A stretch of 63,331 bases of DNA, the filler included, from Bacteroidales bacterium (GTDB lineage Bacteria; Bacteroidota; Bacteroidia; Bacteroidales; CAIWKO01): NCBI GenBank assembly GCA_035389045.1. It is 5 parts of 5 records of this genome, joined end to end, with 100 filler letters (N's around TTAATTAATTAA, not from the genome) between each part and the next. Parts side by side here need not be neighbours in the genome. Positions count along the whole stretch, not along the records: positions 13,790 to 27,470 come from DAOORA010000092.1; positions 27,571 to 41,028 come from DAOORA010000094.1; 3 more parts are not named here. The stretch is one strand, 5' to 3'. A program made the position numbers and the translations under genes. Each line of letters opens with the position of its first letter. Position 1 is the first letter of the stretch. Below the pieces are notes generated by a model that did not search any database, had not been told where the DNA came from, and saw only the letters and a list, made by a program, of their open reading frames with translations. Shown piece by piece: positions 19,446-27,817 of this stretch.

Positions 19446-20152
19446 ATGTTGAAAATAGAAAAAAAGAAAATACTATATTTCCCTTTTAAAGAAAGTAAGC
19501 AATATAGGAATCTGACACGAGTGAAAGGAAGTGTTTTCAACATGATGAACGATCATGTTGAGATTGACAGCGATGTTACTTTTGGAGATTTCTTTTAATT
19601 CCTTATCGCCGAAAAAGACCTTGTACAAAAAATATTCAGTGCTTCGCTATGTGGGGTGCCCTTCGAGTTGTTAATTGATGATTTTAAAAGAAACCTAAAA
19701 AATTTACCAGCGAAATAAAATACCTTGAGTTATGCTGGTCAGCCGTATTAGACAATAATGAACTTAATATCGAAACGGATTTACACGGGATTCCAAAGAA
19801 AAGAAAAAATAAAGATTTTGTTCCGATTGCCCTTGATTTTGTACCCTTAAACGAATTGATCATTTGCCAATTGGTACTGAATAAAAACTTTGAAATTACC
19901 AATAATAATACCATTAAACAGAAAGACATATCATTATTTAAGGCAATACGGGAATTTACTTTGTACGAAATTATACATGCCGTTCTTAATGAACTGACGT
20001 GGTACGGCACGCCAGAAATGAGAGATAAAAAAGGCAAAGCCATTTTAAAGGATATTAAAAAAATCAGGACTGTCGATGACCTTATTGAAACCGATATACT
20101 GATGCGGTCGCTTCGTGAAAATATTAAAAAATCACATGATAAAAAAATTTAA
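19446..20152 (+). pseudogene. Disrupted hypothetical gene (premature stop plus frameshift)
   Basis: MLKIEKKK... has an in-frame TAA at 19596, continues FLIAEKDLVQKIF..., then shifts -1 near 19686 into the frame open from 19688 to 20152 (KKPKKFTSEIKYLELCW...ELTWYGTPEMRD). Confidence 0.65.
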
Positions 20153-20274
20153 CTATCCTGGCATTGATAAATAAACCCGAATAAAAAAAACTCTACTGAT
20201 TTCTGTTAGGATAATAGCTTGAATTTTCTTTACCTACATGGCTGTAAACTCATCTTTGCACTTATAATTAATTT

Positions 20275-20892
20275 TTAAATTTCTTCCTTTGTTCTAAAGT
20301 GCCATTCTGGGTCCTGCTTTTCGAGCTGATTGAAAAATCGCTGGGAGAAATGGTTTTTCGACATAATTTCCAGGTATAATAATGAAAATACTTTATTATA
20401 AATACTCGGATTTTTTGGGGGATCTAAATTTGAAATCAAATTTCGTCTTATAAATAAAAATCCGAGTTTTATTTTTTCTTGGTAAAGGTCAACAACCGTG
20501 TCAATACCGCTCACCACAAGTGATTGATTATGATACTTGTTTGTCAATTCTGATTTAATAAAATTGTTTTTCACCATCAAAACCAGCTTTTCAAGGTATT
20601 CAATATCTCGCGGTTTGACGTTTCCTATATTATAAGACCCTATGCGCCTTACTCTTACCTGTATAAGCAATATATGCATGAAAGAGCCCGAACTTTTTAT
20701 TGCATAAATATCAGCAGGGGTGCGTTTGTTGCCGGGTACAAAACATTCAAATCCATGCTTCAACAACAACTGGATAACATATTCTTCGCATACTTCCCCT
20801 TTTTCTCTTGCAATGGAAAACCCACGTAATGACGGGTATTTCTTGCGCCATAAGGCATATATTTCATTGACGAATTCCGGAAAATTTTTCAT
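20275..20892 (-). CDS. Putative PD-(D/E)XK-superfamily nuclease-like protein
   Basis: KGEVCEEYV...GFE...PADIYAIK...LLIQVR resembles the Hjc/Mrr-type motif spacing. Confidence 0.5.
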   Translation of the reverse strand: MKNFPEFVNEIYALWRKKYPSLRGFSIAREKGEVCEEYVIQLLLKHGFECFVPGNKRTPADIYAIKSSGSFMHILLIQVRVRRIGSYNIGNVKPRDIEYLEKLVLMVKNNFIKSELTNKYHNQSLVVSGIDTVVDLYQEKIKLGFLFIRRNLISNLDPPKNPSIYNKVFSLLYLEIMSKNHFSQRFFNQLEKQDPEWHFRTKEEI

Positions 20893-20925
20893 AAGTGGTA
20901 GATAAATAAATTATTTTATTCAACT

Positions 20926-21186
20926 TCAAGTAACTTTATGGCGTAGAAAAGCAGCCTCTGCAAGCAATTTTGCTTCAAGCTCTGTTTTTGCCTGGGTATC
21001 ATCAAAAGCAATGGCGCTGTCTTTATAATAAACACTCCACCAATAATTATCCTTTTTCATTTTTTCTACTCTCAGGCAATAATCGCCAATATGACAAACA
21101 AAGTCATCACCGGCAATAATTTCCCATGCCAAAGCAGGTATTACGGACTTTGGTTTTTTTGGTATTCGCAATTTTTGATTTTGCAT
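20926..21186 (-). CDS. Hypothetical protein
   Basis: 86-aa ORF within a co-oriented gene run. Confidence 0.6.
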   Translation of the reverse strand: MQNQKLRIPKKPKSVIPALAWEIIAGDDFVCHIGDYCLRVEKMKKDNYWWSVYYKDSAIAFDDTQAKTELEAKLLAEAAFLRHKVT

Positions 21187-21255
21187 TTTGTTAAAATCCT
21201 AATTTATTGCCTAATAAACATATAAACCCTGACGAAATATGGTTTGTTATAAAAA

Positions 21256-21750
21256 TCACAACATAGTAAACCTTTTTTCCAAAATTTTTTGCACACTGTT
21301 GTTATTCTGCTTTACAAACCATTCAATAAGTTTTTCTTTCCCCAGCCGTCTGTCGGCAGCAATAAACAGTGGTATTAAATTATAATTAAATACAAACATA
21401 TCCTGCTTTCTTTGTCCGAGATATTGAACAATATATCCTGTTTTCTCAAGTTTGAATTTTTTTGTCATTAGCTTTTCAACCGGTGTATCAATGTAGTCGC
21501 GCACAAGATCAGAGATATGATTAGTTGCAGCCCAATTGTAAAAACTAAATTCGCTCAGCTCTTTTTTAAAATCCTTTGGAAAATCCCAGATAATTTCTTT
21601 TTCCAGTTTAACACAAAAGCGCGGAATCGAGTTATGAGTACCCCATTGCCCACGGATCGGATAAGCATAGCAACAAAACTCCATTTTTAGCTCAGGTACA
21701 AAAAGAGATTCAATACTTTTTTTTAATTTACTGAAAGGCTTTTTATTCAT
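21256..21750 (-). CDS. SF0329-family hypothetical protein
   Basis: PFSKL, IIWDFPKDF, ISDLVRDYIDTP and AADRRLG motifs. Confidence 0.7.
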   Translation of the reverse strand: MNKKPFSKLKKSIESLFVPELKMEFCCYAYPIRGQWGTHNSIPRFCVKLEKEIIWDFPKDFKKELSEFSFYNWAATNHISDLVRDYIDTPVEKLMTKKFKLEKTGYIVQYLGQRKQDMFVFNYNLIPLFIAADRRLGKEKLIEWFVKQNNNSVQKILEKRFTML

Positions 21751-21780
21751 ATTGATTTTTTATTCTCCCTGAAACATATA

Positions 21781-22245
21781 TCATTTTGAAAGCTCAACTA
21801 ACAGGTTCTTCACGTTTTTATAACGCACACCTTTCTCCCTTGCCTCTTTAATTGCCCTAATTGTTTCCTTATTGGGTTTATGACTCATTCCACAAGTACG
21901 TGGTTCTTTACTGGTGGTTTTCCTCTTTAATTTTCTAACTGTTACGATTTTTTGAAACAACTGCAATTTTTTTTCTGAAACATATTTGCCCGTAACGCAA
22001 TCAAAGCTTAACTGAAAAGTATAGGGTGAAGCAAAATGTTTTTTGATGACAGGATACTGATTCTTGCTAAGTTCATGATCATTATAACAATCAAAAAACA
22101 GTTCGGTACATTCTATCATATTTTTTTTACATTCTGCTATTGTTTTCCCCTGCGATATAATACCACGCCAGTCAAGACATTCAACACAAAATCCCTGCTT
22201 CTGTGGGATAAGTTTATATGTAAAAGTTATTATTTTCATCAACAT
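21781..22245 (-). CDS. HicB-like antitoxin domain with a RelB/DinJ-like tail
   Basis: GFCVECLDWRGIISQGKTIAECKKNMIE (HicB partial RNase H fold); C-terminus PNKETIRAIKEARE...YKNVKNLLVEL. Confidence 0.65.
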   Translation of the reverse strand: MLMKIITFTYKLIPQKQGFCVECLDWRGIISQGKTIAECKKNMIECTELFFDCYNDHELSKNQYPVIKKHFASPYTFQLSFDCVTGKYVSEKKLQLFQKIVTVRKLKRKTTSKEPRTCGMSHKPNKETIRAIKEAREKGVRYKNVKNLLVELSK

Positions 22246-22257
22246 GTATTAATAAAA

Positions 22258-22353
22258 ATGGTTTTGTGATGTATCCGGCAAGGTTTGTACTTAACCGGAA
22301 CTACGCACTACAGAACTATGTCTAGTCATTCTGTAATGGTTGCACAAAACCGT
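22258..22353 (-). ncRNA. Candidate structured RNA / 5' leader (three-way junction)
   Basis: P1 GGTTTTGTG/CACAAAACC; P2 CATTACAGAA/TTCTGTAGTG; P3 TCCGGT/GCCGGA; starts right after a -7 box and is followed by a T-rich tract. Confidence 0.55.
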
Positions 22354-22355
22354 CA

Positions 22356-22363
22356 CAAATATA
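22356..22363 (-). promoter_or_regulatory. Bacteroidota -7 box TATATTTG
   Basis: Perfect TAnnTTTG on the minus strand, 2 nt before the structured element. Confidence 0.65.
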
Positions 22364-22388
22364 CAAAAATATTTTATTTATTACAATG

Positions 22389-23183
22389 TTATCTGATAAA
22401 ATTTTCAATAATCCCTGATTTAAAATCTTTGATTTTCATGCCATAATGGCCCGATGCTTTTTCGTCAAGACACTCATTTATAAATTTCGTTTTCTGCCGT
22501 TTATTCCATGTATCATATTCTTCGGGAATGATCATGTAATCGGGAGTTGTCACTTTTTCATGAATAGTTGTTTCATCGGTAATGTTTACGGTGTCCTTTA
22601 CAAACAACATGAATTCTTCATTTTTATCTTTGGCCGTTGGAAAAGAAATCTGATATACTGGATTTACTGCAAAAAGAGCATCCCTGAGTTTAATCCGGCT
22701 AAGTTCCAATAAGTAATTTATTAGTTCCTTTTCACTTATTTTCAAGGCTCTAAGAAATCGTTCCTTAATGTATTCTATTTCCCATTCGCTGCTTTTAAAA
22801 TCCTGTGAATTGTAGAAATCGAAAAGTCCCTCATAAAAAGACTTTACCAATTGCTTTCTTTCCACTTTTCCATATATAAAGACTTTGCCTCCCGGATAAT
22901 TTTCAGCTACAGTAAAAATCTCCCTGTCATAAATATAATTTTCAAAATTAAATTTAATCTCCTCGCCTTCCGGATCGTACCAGAATGAGCATTGCTCCAC
23001 ACCTATTGCAATGGCTTCGAGCCATTTTTTCAAACTGTCGAGCGGGTCAAACACATCCGAAAAACGACCGTCAAATTTTTGTTTGCCCAGTTTCAGGGTA
23101 AATCGCAGCCATCCGCTATCGGCTTGAAAAAATTTCACTTCAAGTTGTTTTACAACATCGGATCTAATATCTTTTTTTGCCAT
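22389..23183 (-). CDS. Hypothetical protein
   Basis: 264-aa ORF, no recognised motif. Confidence 0.7.
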   Translation of the reverse strand: MAKKDIRSDVVKQLEVKFFQADSGWLRFTLKLGKQKFDGRFSDVFDPLDSLKKWLEAIAIGVEQCSFWYDPEGEEIKFNFENYIYDREIFTVAENYPGGKVFIYGKVERKQLVKSFYEGLFDFYNSQDFKSSEWEIEYIKERFLRALKISEKELINYLLELSRIKLRDALFAVNPVYQISFPTAKDKNEEFMLFVKDTVNITDETTIHEKVTTPDYMIIPEEYDTWNKRQKTKFINECLDEKASGHYGMKIKDFKSGIIENFIR

Positions 23184-23205
23184 GATCTTGAGTTAATAAT
23201 TTTTT

Positions 23206-24000
23206 TCATATGTGGTATTTTGTAAAAAGCCAGTACCCATCGATTCCGTCTAATTCACTTAATTCAAAAGTCATTTCGTTTAGTTCGACATAAGTAATTC
23301 TTTCTTTTAAAATTTTTATAGTTTTTGCGTTTTTAATTTCCCATTTTAATCTGAAATTGATCTTGTCTTTCAATCGTAGCATTACCTTGTCATAATCAAA
23401 GCCGACAACTCTGTCAATGATCTTTAGTTCTTTTTTATATTCAGTCAAAGCAAAAATTGACCAGGTTTTGTCTGCTATATGTTCCATTTTAGCATGAACA
23501 TTTGTCTTCGGTATAGAAATATAATGACTCATATAACAATCGCCATATTCATATCCGATACGAAGGTTATCCCAACTTCGCACATTCAGTTTATAACCGT
23601 CTGGTCCACAGCAACCCGACCAACCGCTATACCTGACATTTATCATGTCGTTTTTATTTACGGTGTAGTATTTTTGATTTTCAATATCCTGTTCGGGGTC
23701 AAAAGTTTTTTCGTCAATAATGGAACCCATCGGGAGATAATCTATACTATCACAGGTGCACAATAACCGTTTATCAAATATCTCGATAAGCCAATCAGTT
23801 ATTGGGTTTCCATTCAAATCAAACAACTGTATTTTCATATTGCTAAAAATTAAGCGCCTACTTGCTGTTTTTACTTTGTGATATTGCTGAGTCTTGATAC
23901 CTGAGTTTTTAAAGTTGAGCTGCCAAAGGGACAGTTTTGATTTTTGACTTTCTTCAATTTTACAGCCCTTGCAGGAATCACGTTCAATTGTTTTTTTCAC
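23206..24000 (-). CDS. Hypothetical protein
   Basis: 264-aa ORF with a GCCGPDG motif; start position uncertain. Confidence 0.65.
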   Translation of the reverse strand: MKKTIERDSCKGCKIEESQKSKLSLWQLNFKNSGIKTQQYHKVKTASRRLIFSNMKIQLFDLNGNPITDWLIEIFDKRLLCTCDSIDYLPMGSIIDEKTFDPEQDIENQKYYTVNKNDMINVRYSGWSGCCGPDGYKLNVRSWDNLRIGYEYGDCYMSHYISIPKTNVHAKMEHIADKTWSIFALTEYKKELKIIDRVVGFDYDKVMLRLKDKINFRLKWEIKNAKTIKILKERITYVELNEMTFELSELDGIDGYWLFTKYHI

Positions 24001-24056
24001 TTAGGTTCCAATTACCTAAAAAAATCACAATGCAAACGACAGTTTTCGGCGCTGTT

Positions 24057-24488
24057 TTACAATTCGGTATTATGATTGAAAGTTTCTAACTCATCCTGTA
24101 TCAGGTCTGCCTCGTTCTGAAGTTTCTCAATACGGGTATAAATATCCGATTCATTGAAAAGCGCTTCGTACTCATTTATATTGGCCGAATATCGCTCTGT
24201 GCTCTTTCCGTGAGCAACAGGTATGTCTTTGTAAAATTTAATCAGGCCTTTGATCTCGGCAAGCCGGTATATTTTTTCCTGCACGGACTGGTTTGATTTG
24301 GTGATGGCAGCTTTCAATGCAATAAGCTGATTGATTTTACCGATCAGTTCTTCCTCCGTTTTATTCAGGTCAAAAGGACGTGTATTTCCCCTGATAACTG
24401 AATTGTAAGTGTTCAACCTTTTCTCCAGCTGCGCGATTTCCTGTTTCAGCTTGTTTTTTTCTTTGAGGGCTTTGGCTATCGTACTCAT
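24057..24488 (-). CDS. DIP1984-family (septicolysin-like) coiled-coil protein
   Basis: MSTIAKALKEKNKL...I..SN...IQDELETFNHNTEL matches the family pattern; start moved to the ATG at 24488. Confidence 0.75.
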   Translation of the reverse strand: MSTIAKALKEKNKLKQEIAQLEKRLNTYNSVIRGNTRPFDLNKTEEELIGKINQLIALKAAITKSNQSVQEKIYRLAEIKGLIKFYKDIPVAHGKSTERYSANINEYEALFNESDIYTRIEKLQNEADLIQDELETFNHNTEL

Positions 24489-24503
24489 GTATTTATGTTT
24501 CCG

Positions 24504-24540
24504 GCAAAATAAAAACACTTGTACGCAATCTTTATGCGTA
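24504..24540 (-). promoter_or_regulatory. Candidate WYL-2 operator plus -7-like box for the DIP1984 gene
   Basis: Minus strand reads TACGCA-N7-TGCGTA-N10-TATTTTGC. Confidence 0.7.
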
Positions 24541-24547
24541 GATGAAA

Positions 24548-25558
24548 TTATTTATATAATTTATTCAATTTTTTTATTCGTTCTTTAAGTTTTTCATGTA
24601 AATGTTGTGGTTCAAGCACTTTCAGGAACTCGCCAAAACCTATCAGCTCCCGTTCCATTTCGAAATTCGGGATCACCTCTATTGAAAAAACAATCCCATC
24701 TTCTTTTTGCTCAATTAACTGCTGCGACCAGTGAAATGGCTTGGTAACGACATAAGGCGCATGTGACTTTTCAACCCAGAAAACAACTTTTTCAATCTTT
24801 ACATTGTCAAATTTTGTTACCCCTATAATATCCCTGAAATATTCATCAGGGTTAAAAAAAGTATTTTCAATATACTCATCCTCTGATGAAAATCTTAACC
24901 TTAAAATGCGGTCGAGCGCCAAAGGAGCCATTTTTTCCCTGAACTTGCTCTTGCCAAATACAAACCAGCGGTTTCTGTATTCCTTCAGCAGATATGGGCT
25001 AAGCCTGACAATAATGGGTTTAGTGGCAACAAAGGATAGGTAAACAATTTTAAGTACAGCTTTATCCTTGATGGCTTTATAAATATTATCAAGAAATTTA
25101 ATCCCTTTCAGGTCGTTGTTTTTTTCAAAATCTATAATGCTCCTTGCAGGGTTGTTTATTGCAAAGACTTTATTTTCTATTTTTTTAAGCACATCCTCCA
25201 TATCAGAGAACTGGCTGAACCCTTCAAATTGTTTCAATGTGTGGGTAATCTGCGAGAGCGTGGTAATATCGCCGGGGGTGAGCGGCATGTTGGTTATGCT
25301 GAAACCGGTATCATCATATGTATAATACTTTTTATCTGTTACCACAATAGGCGCATTGTATCCGAGCTTTTCGCTGCGCATGTTCTGTATATCAAGTTGA
25401 ACGGTTCTCAGACTCACGCCCTGCCTTTTTCCCTCAAATTCATACAACGCATCCGAGCAGGCTTCCACCAGGTCGTAAATGGTCCATTTGCGGTAACGGT
25501 TGCGCAGGCAATTATCAATGGTTTTATAACGTATTAATGCAAGACGGTTGGCCGGCAT
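24548..25558 (-). CDS. WYL-domain transcriptional regulator (WYL-2, Bacteroidota type)
   Basis: MPANRLALIRYKTIDNCL...SLRTVQLDI, SPYLLKEYRNRWFVFG...LALDRI; likely start at 25558. Confidence 0.92.
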   Translation of the reverse strand: MPANRLALIRYKTIDNCLRNRYRKWTIYDLVEACSDALYEFEGKRQGVSLRTVQLDIQNMRSEKLGYNAPIVVTDKKYYTYDDTGFSITNMPLTPGDITTLSQITHTLKQFEGFSQFSDMEDVLKKIENKVFAINNPARSIIDFEKNNDLKGIKFLDNIYKAIKDKAVLKIVYLSFVATKPIIVRLSPYLLKEYRNRWFVFGKSKFREKMAPLALDRILRLRFSSEDEYIENTFFNPDEYFRDIIGVTKFDNVKIEKVVFWVEKSHAPYVVTKPFHWSQQLIEQKEDGIVFSIEVIPNFEMERELIGFGEFLKVLEPQHLHEKLKERIKKLNKLYK

Positions 25559-25596
25559 AAATATTTTTTTTACAAAATTCATAAAAAAAATCATAC

Positions 25597-25633
25597 TGCG
25601 CAAATTGTTTGCGTACTTGTACTATTATTTTGC
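25597..25633 (+). promoter_or_regulatory. Candidate WYL-2 operator plus -7-like box for rtcB
   Basis: TGCGCA-N7-TGCGTA-N10-TATTTTGC, same spacing as 24504-24540. Confidence 0.7.
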
Positions 25634-25651
25634 ATTAAATAAATTTGTACT

Positions 25652-26824
25652 ATGAAAAAAGTAATATCTACCGAGAAAGTTCCTGTTAAACTCTGGCTTG
25701 ACGAACCGGATGAACAATCACTGAACCAGGTTAAAAATCTCGCCAATCTTCCCTTTGCATTTAGTCATGTCTGCCTGATGCCCGATGCGCACGTCGGTTA
25801 TGGAATGCCTATAGGCGGAGTGTTGGCTGCCGAAAACGTCATTGTGCCCAATGCGGTTGGTGTTGACATAGGATGCGGCATGTGTGCCGTGAAAACGGAT
25901 ATAAAGACGGGAGTGTTGTCGCAGGCAAAGTTGCGCAATATTCTTGATGAAATAAAAAAACTCATCCCGCTGGGATTTGATCATCACAAAGAACGGCAAA
26001 GCGAAGACCTGATGCCAACAGGTTTTAATATTAATGAAATGAAAGTGGTAAAGCAGGAGTATCTTTCTGCATTAAAACAGATAGGAACCCTTGGTGGTGG
26101 CAATCACTTCATTGAAATACAAAAAGACGGCGAAAATCATATCTGGATCATGATTCACTCGGGCAGCAGGAACATCGGGCTGAAAGTGGCCGAATATTAC
26201 AACGACAAAGCGAAAAAACTTGATGCCTTATGGCATACCTCTGTCGATCCCAAAGCAGACCTTGCGTTTTTACCATTTGAATCAGATGAAGCTCGTCAAT
26301 ATTACAACGAAATGAAATACTGTGTGGCTTTTGCTTTCGCAAACCGCAAACTGATGATGTCAAGGACACAGGCTGTTTTAACGGATCATCTTCATACTGT
26401 AAATTTTGAGCCCATAATCAATATAGCCCATAACTATGCGGCATGGGAAGAACATTTCGGTAAAAAAGTGGTGGTACACCGCAAGGGCGCCACTTCGGCC
26501 CGTCAGGGTGAAATCGGAATTATTCCCGGCAGCCAGGGAACAAAATCGTATATTGTCGAAGGCCTTGGAAATCCTGAAAGCTTCATGAGTTGTTCTCATG
26601 GAGCAGGCAGAATTATGAGCCGGAACCAGGCCATAAAAAACCTTAACCTGGAAGAAGAAATAATAAAACTTGACAAACAGGGTATCATCCACGCCATAAA
26701 GTCCCGTCGCGACCTTGAGGAAGCCTCATCGGCCTATAAAAATATTGAAGAGGTAATGATTTTTCAGAAAGACCTTGTAACTATTAAGTTCGAATTATCA
26801 CCCCTGGCCGTTATTAAGGGTTGA
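25652..26824 (+). CDS. rtcB: RtcB 3'-phosphate/5'-OH RNA ligase
   Basis: MPDAH, GVDIGCG, GTLGGGNHFIE, HSGSR, HNY, HRKGA and SHGAGR motifs. Confidence 0.95.
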   Translation: MKKVISTEKVPVKLWLDEPDEQSLNQVKNLANLPFAFSHVCLMPDAHVGYGMPIGGVLAAENVIVPNAVGVDIGCGMCAVKTDIKTGVLSQAKLRNILDEIKKLIPLGFDHHKERQSEDLMPTGFNINEMKVVKQEYLSALKQIGTLGGGNHFIEIQKDGENHIWIMIHSGSRNIGLKVAEYYNDKAKKLDALWHTSVDPKADLAFLPFESDEARQYYNEMKYCVAFAFANRKLMMSRTQAVLTDHLHTVNFEPIINIAHNYAAWEEHFGKKVVVHRKGATSARQGEIGIIPGSQGTKSYIVEGLGNPESFMSCSHGAGRIMSRNQAIKNLNLEEEIIKLDKQGIIHAIKSRRDLEEASSAYKNIEEVMIFQKDLVTIKFELSPLAVIKG

Positions 26825-27062
26825 TCTTTGTAGACTTTATTAAATTTTGTTCGACTTTTAAGGGGACAGAATATGATCTTTGGTAGAATTATTTTTTCTG
26901 TTTAATTCTAATAGTGACTTCCTCTTTGAGAGTCTCATAAACCTCCGCAGTTTCAATAAAATCCTCAATAATCTGGTTAGAAATTTTTAAGTTTCTTGCT
27001 ACTCATAAAAGCGATGCAACCATGTGTCGCTTTTTTTATTATGGAAATGTTTTACACTTACC

Positions 27063-27324
27063 ATGGTGGTTTATCAAAATGAATTGTATATAGGCGGCGG
27101 TTTCCAAAAATCAGATGGCTTTACTGGTAATAACATTATGAAATGGGACGGTCATAATTTTTATGAAGTCGGAGGCGGAACTAATAATACTGTTATTATG
27201 TACTTATGAGATTCGCAATGCCAACAAAATCAGCATAAACGGAGCCTCTTTTAAAAGCGGTCGCTATTTATTAAGGGTGAAATCAGATAACAGCATATGT
27301 ACCGAAAAATTTATAAAGCAATGA
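27063..27324 (+). pseudogene. Internally deleted remnant of a T9SS-secreted propeller-repeat protein
   Basis: VYQNELYIGGGF...IMKWDG repeat fused out of frame to a CTD-like end SGRYLLRVKSDNSICTEKFIKQ (stop at 27324). Confidence 0.6.
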
Positions 27325-27398
27325 CACATAAAATATTACGATTACTTCTTCGTTATTTTATGCTGCTGATTGCAACAGTGCGATTTCATAACCGGAAT

Positions 27399-27470
27399 TA
27401 AGAAACTGTTTTGATTTTATGTTACAAAAGATTTATGATGGATTTTTTAGCGAAACGAGGCAGATTTTGC
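27399..27470 (+). mobile_element. End B of the multicopy TIR element, at a contig break
   Basis: Begins TAAGAAACTGTTTTGATTTTAT; its first 52 bp match the reverse complement of 27571-27622 with one mismatch. Confidence 0.75.
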
Positions 27471-27570
27471 NNNNNNNNNNNNNNNNNNNNNNNNNNNNNN
27501 NNNNNNNNNNNNNNTTAATTAATTAANNNNNNNNNNNNNNNNNNNNNNNNNNNNNNNNNNNNNNNNNNNN
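27471..27570. other. Artificial contig linker
   Basis: N44-TTAATTAATTAA-N44. Confidence 0.99.
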
Positions 27571-27622
27571 CTAAAAAATCCATCATAAATCTTATGTAAC
27601 ATAAAATCAAAACAGTTTCTTA
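27571..27622 (-). mobile_element. Another copy of end B of the TIR element
   Basis: Reverse complement TAAGAAACTGTTTTGATTTTATGTTACATAAGATTTATGATGGATTTTTTAG. Confidence 0.75.
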
Positions 27623-27817
27623 ATAACGGAAAATTTTTGAAATTGATATTATTTTCAAACCACAAATTGTTAATGCCTTAATATTTAATATAAAAAGCCG
27701 AAAATCAAATTTTAAAATATTGTTTAATAATCCTTAATTTTACATTTTTTAGGGCTGTTAATTTTTGGTTAAACACCATAATAGTACTGTTTTTCGCATT
27801 AAATGAGTTATATTTGT

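Noticed and set aside
19682..19690. Programmed -1 frameshift at TTTTAAAAG
   Set aside because: The phase does not fit X XXY YYZ and an in-frame stop lies upstream; decay is the simpler explanation.
21187..21255. Integron attC site within the accessory gene run
   Set aside because: It is a single short imperfect hairpin with ATTAGGC rather than GTTRRRY, is not repeated in the other spacers, and no integrase is present.
22258..22353. Purine riboswitch or tRNA
   Set aside because: It is a three-way junction but lacks the purine-riboswitch junction and loop consensus and has no TTC T-loop or cloverleaf; kept only as an unassigned RNA candidate.
27399..27622. A single element spanning the linker, with long inverted repeats
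   Set aside because: Both sides are the same end type on separately assembled, size-sorted contigs, so the juxtaposition is most likely coincidental.
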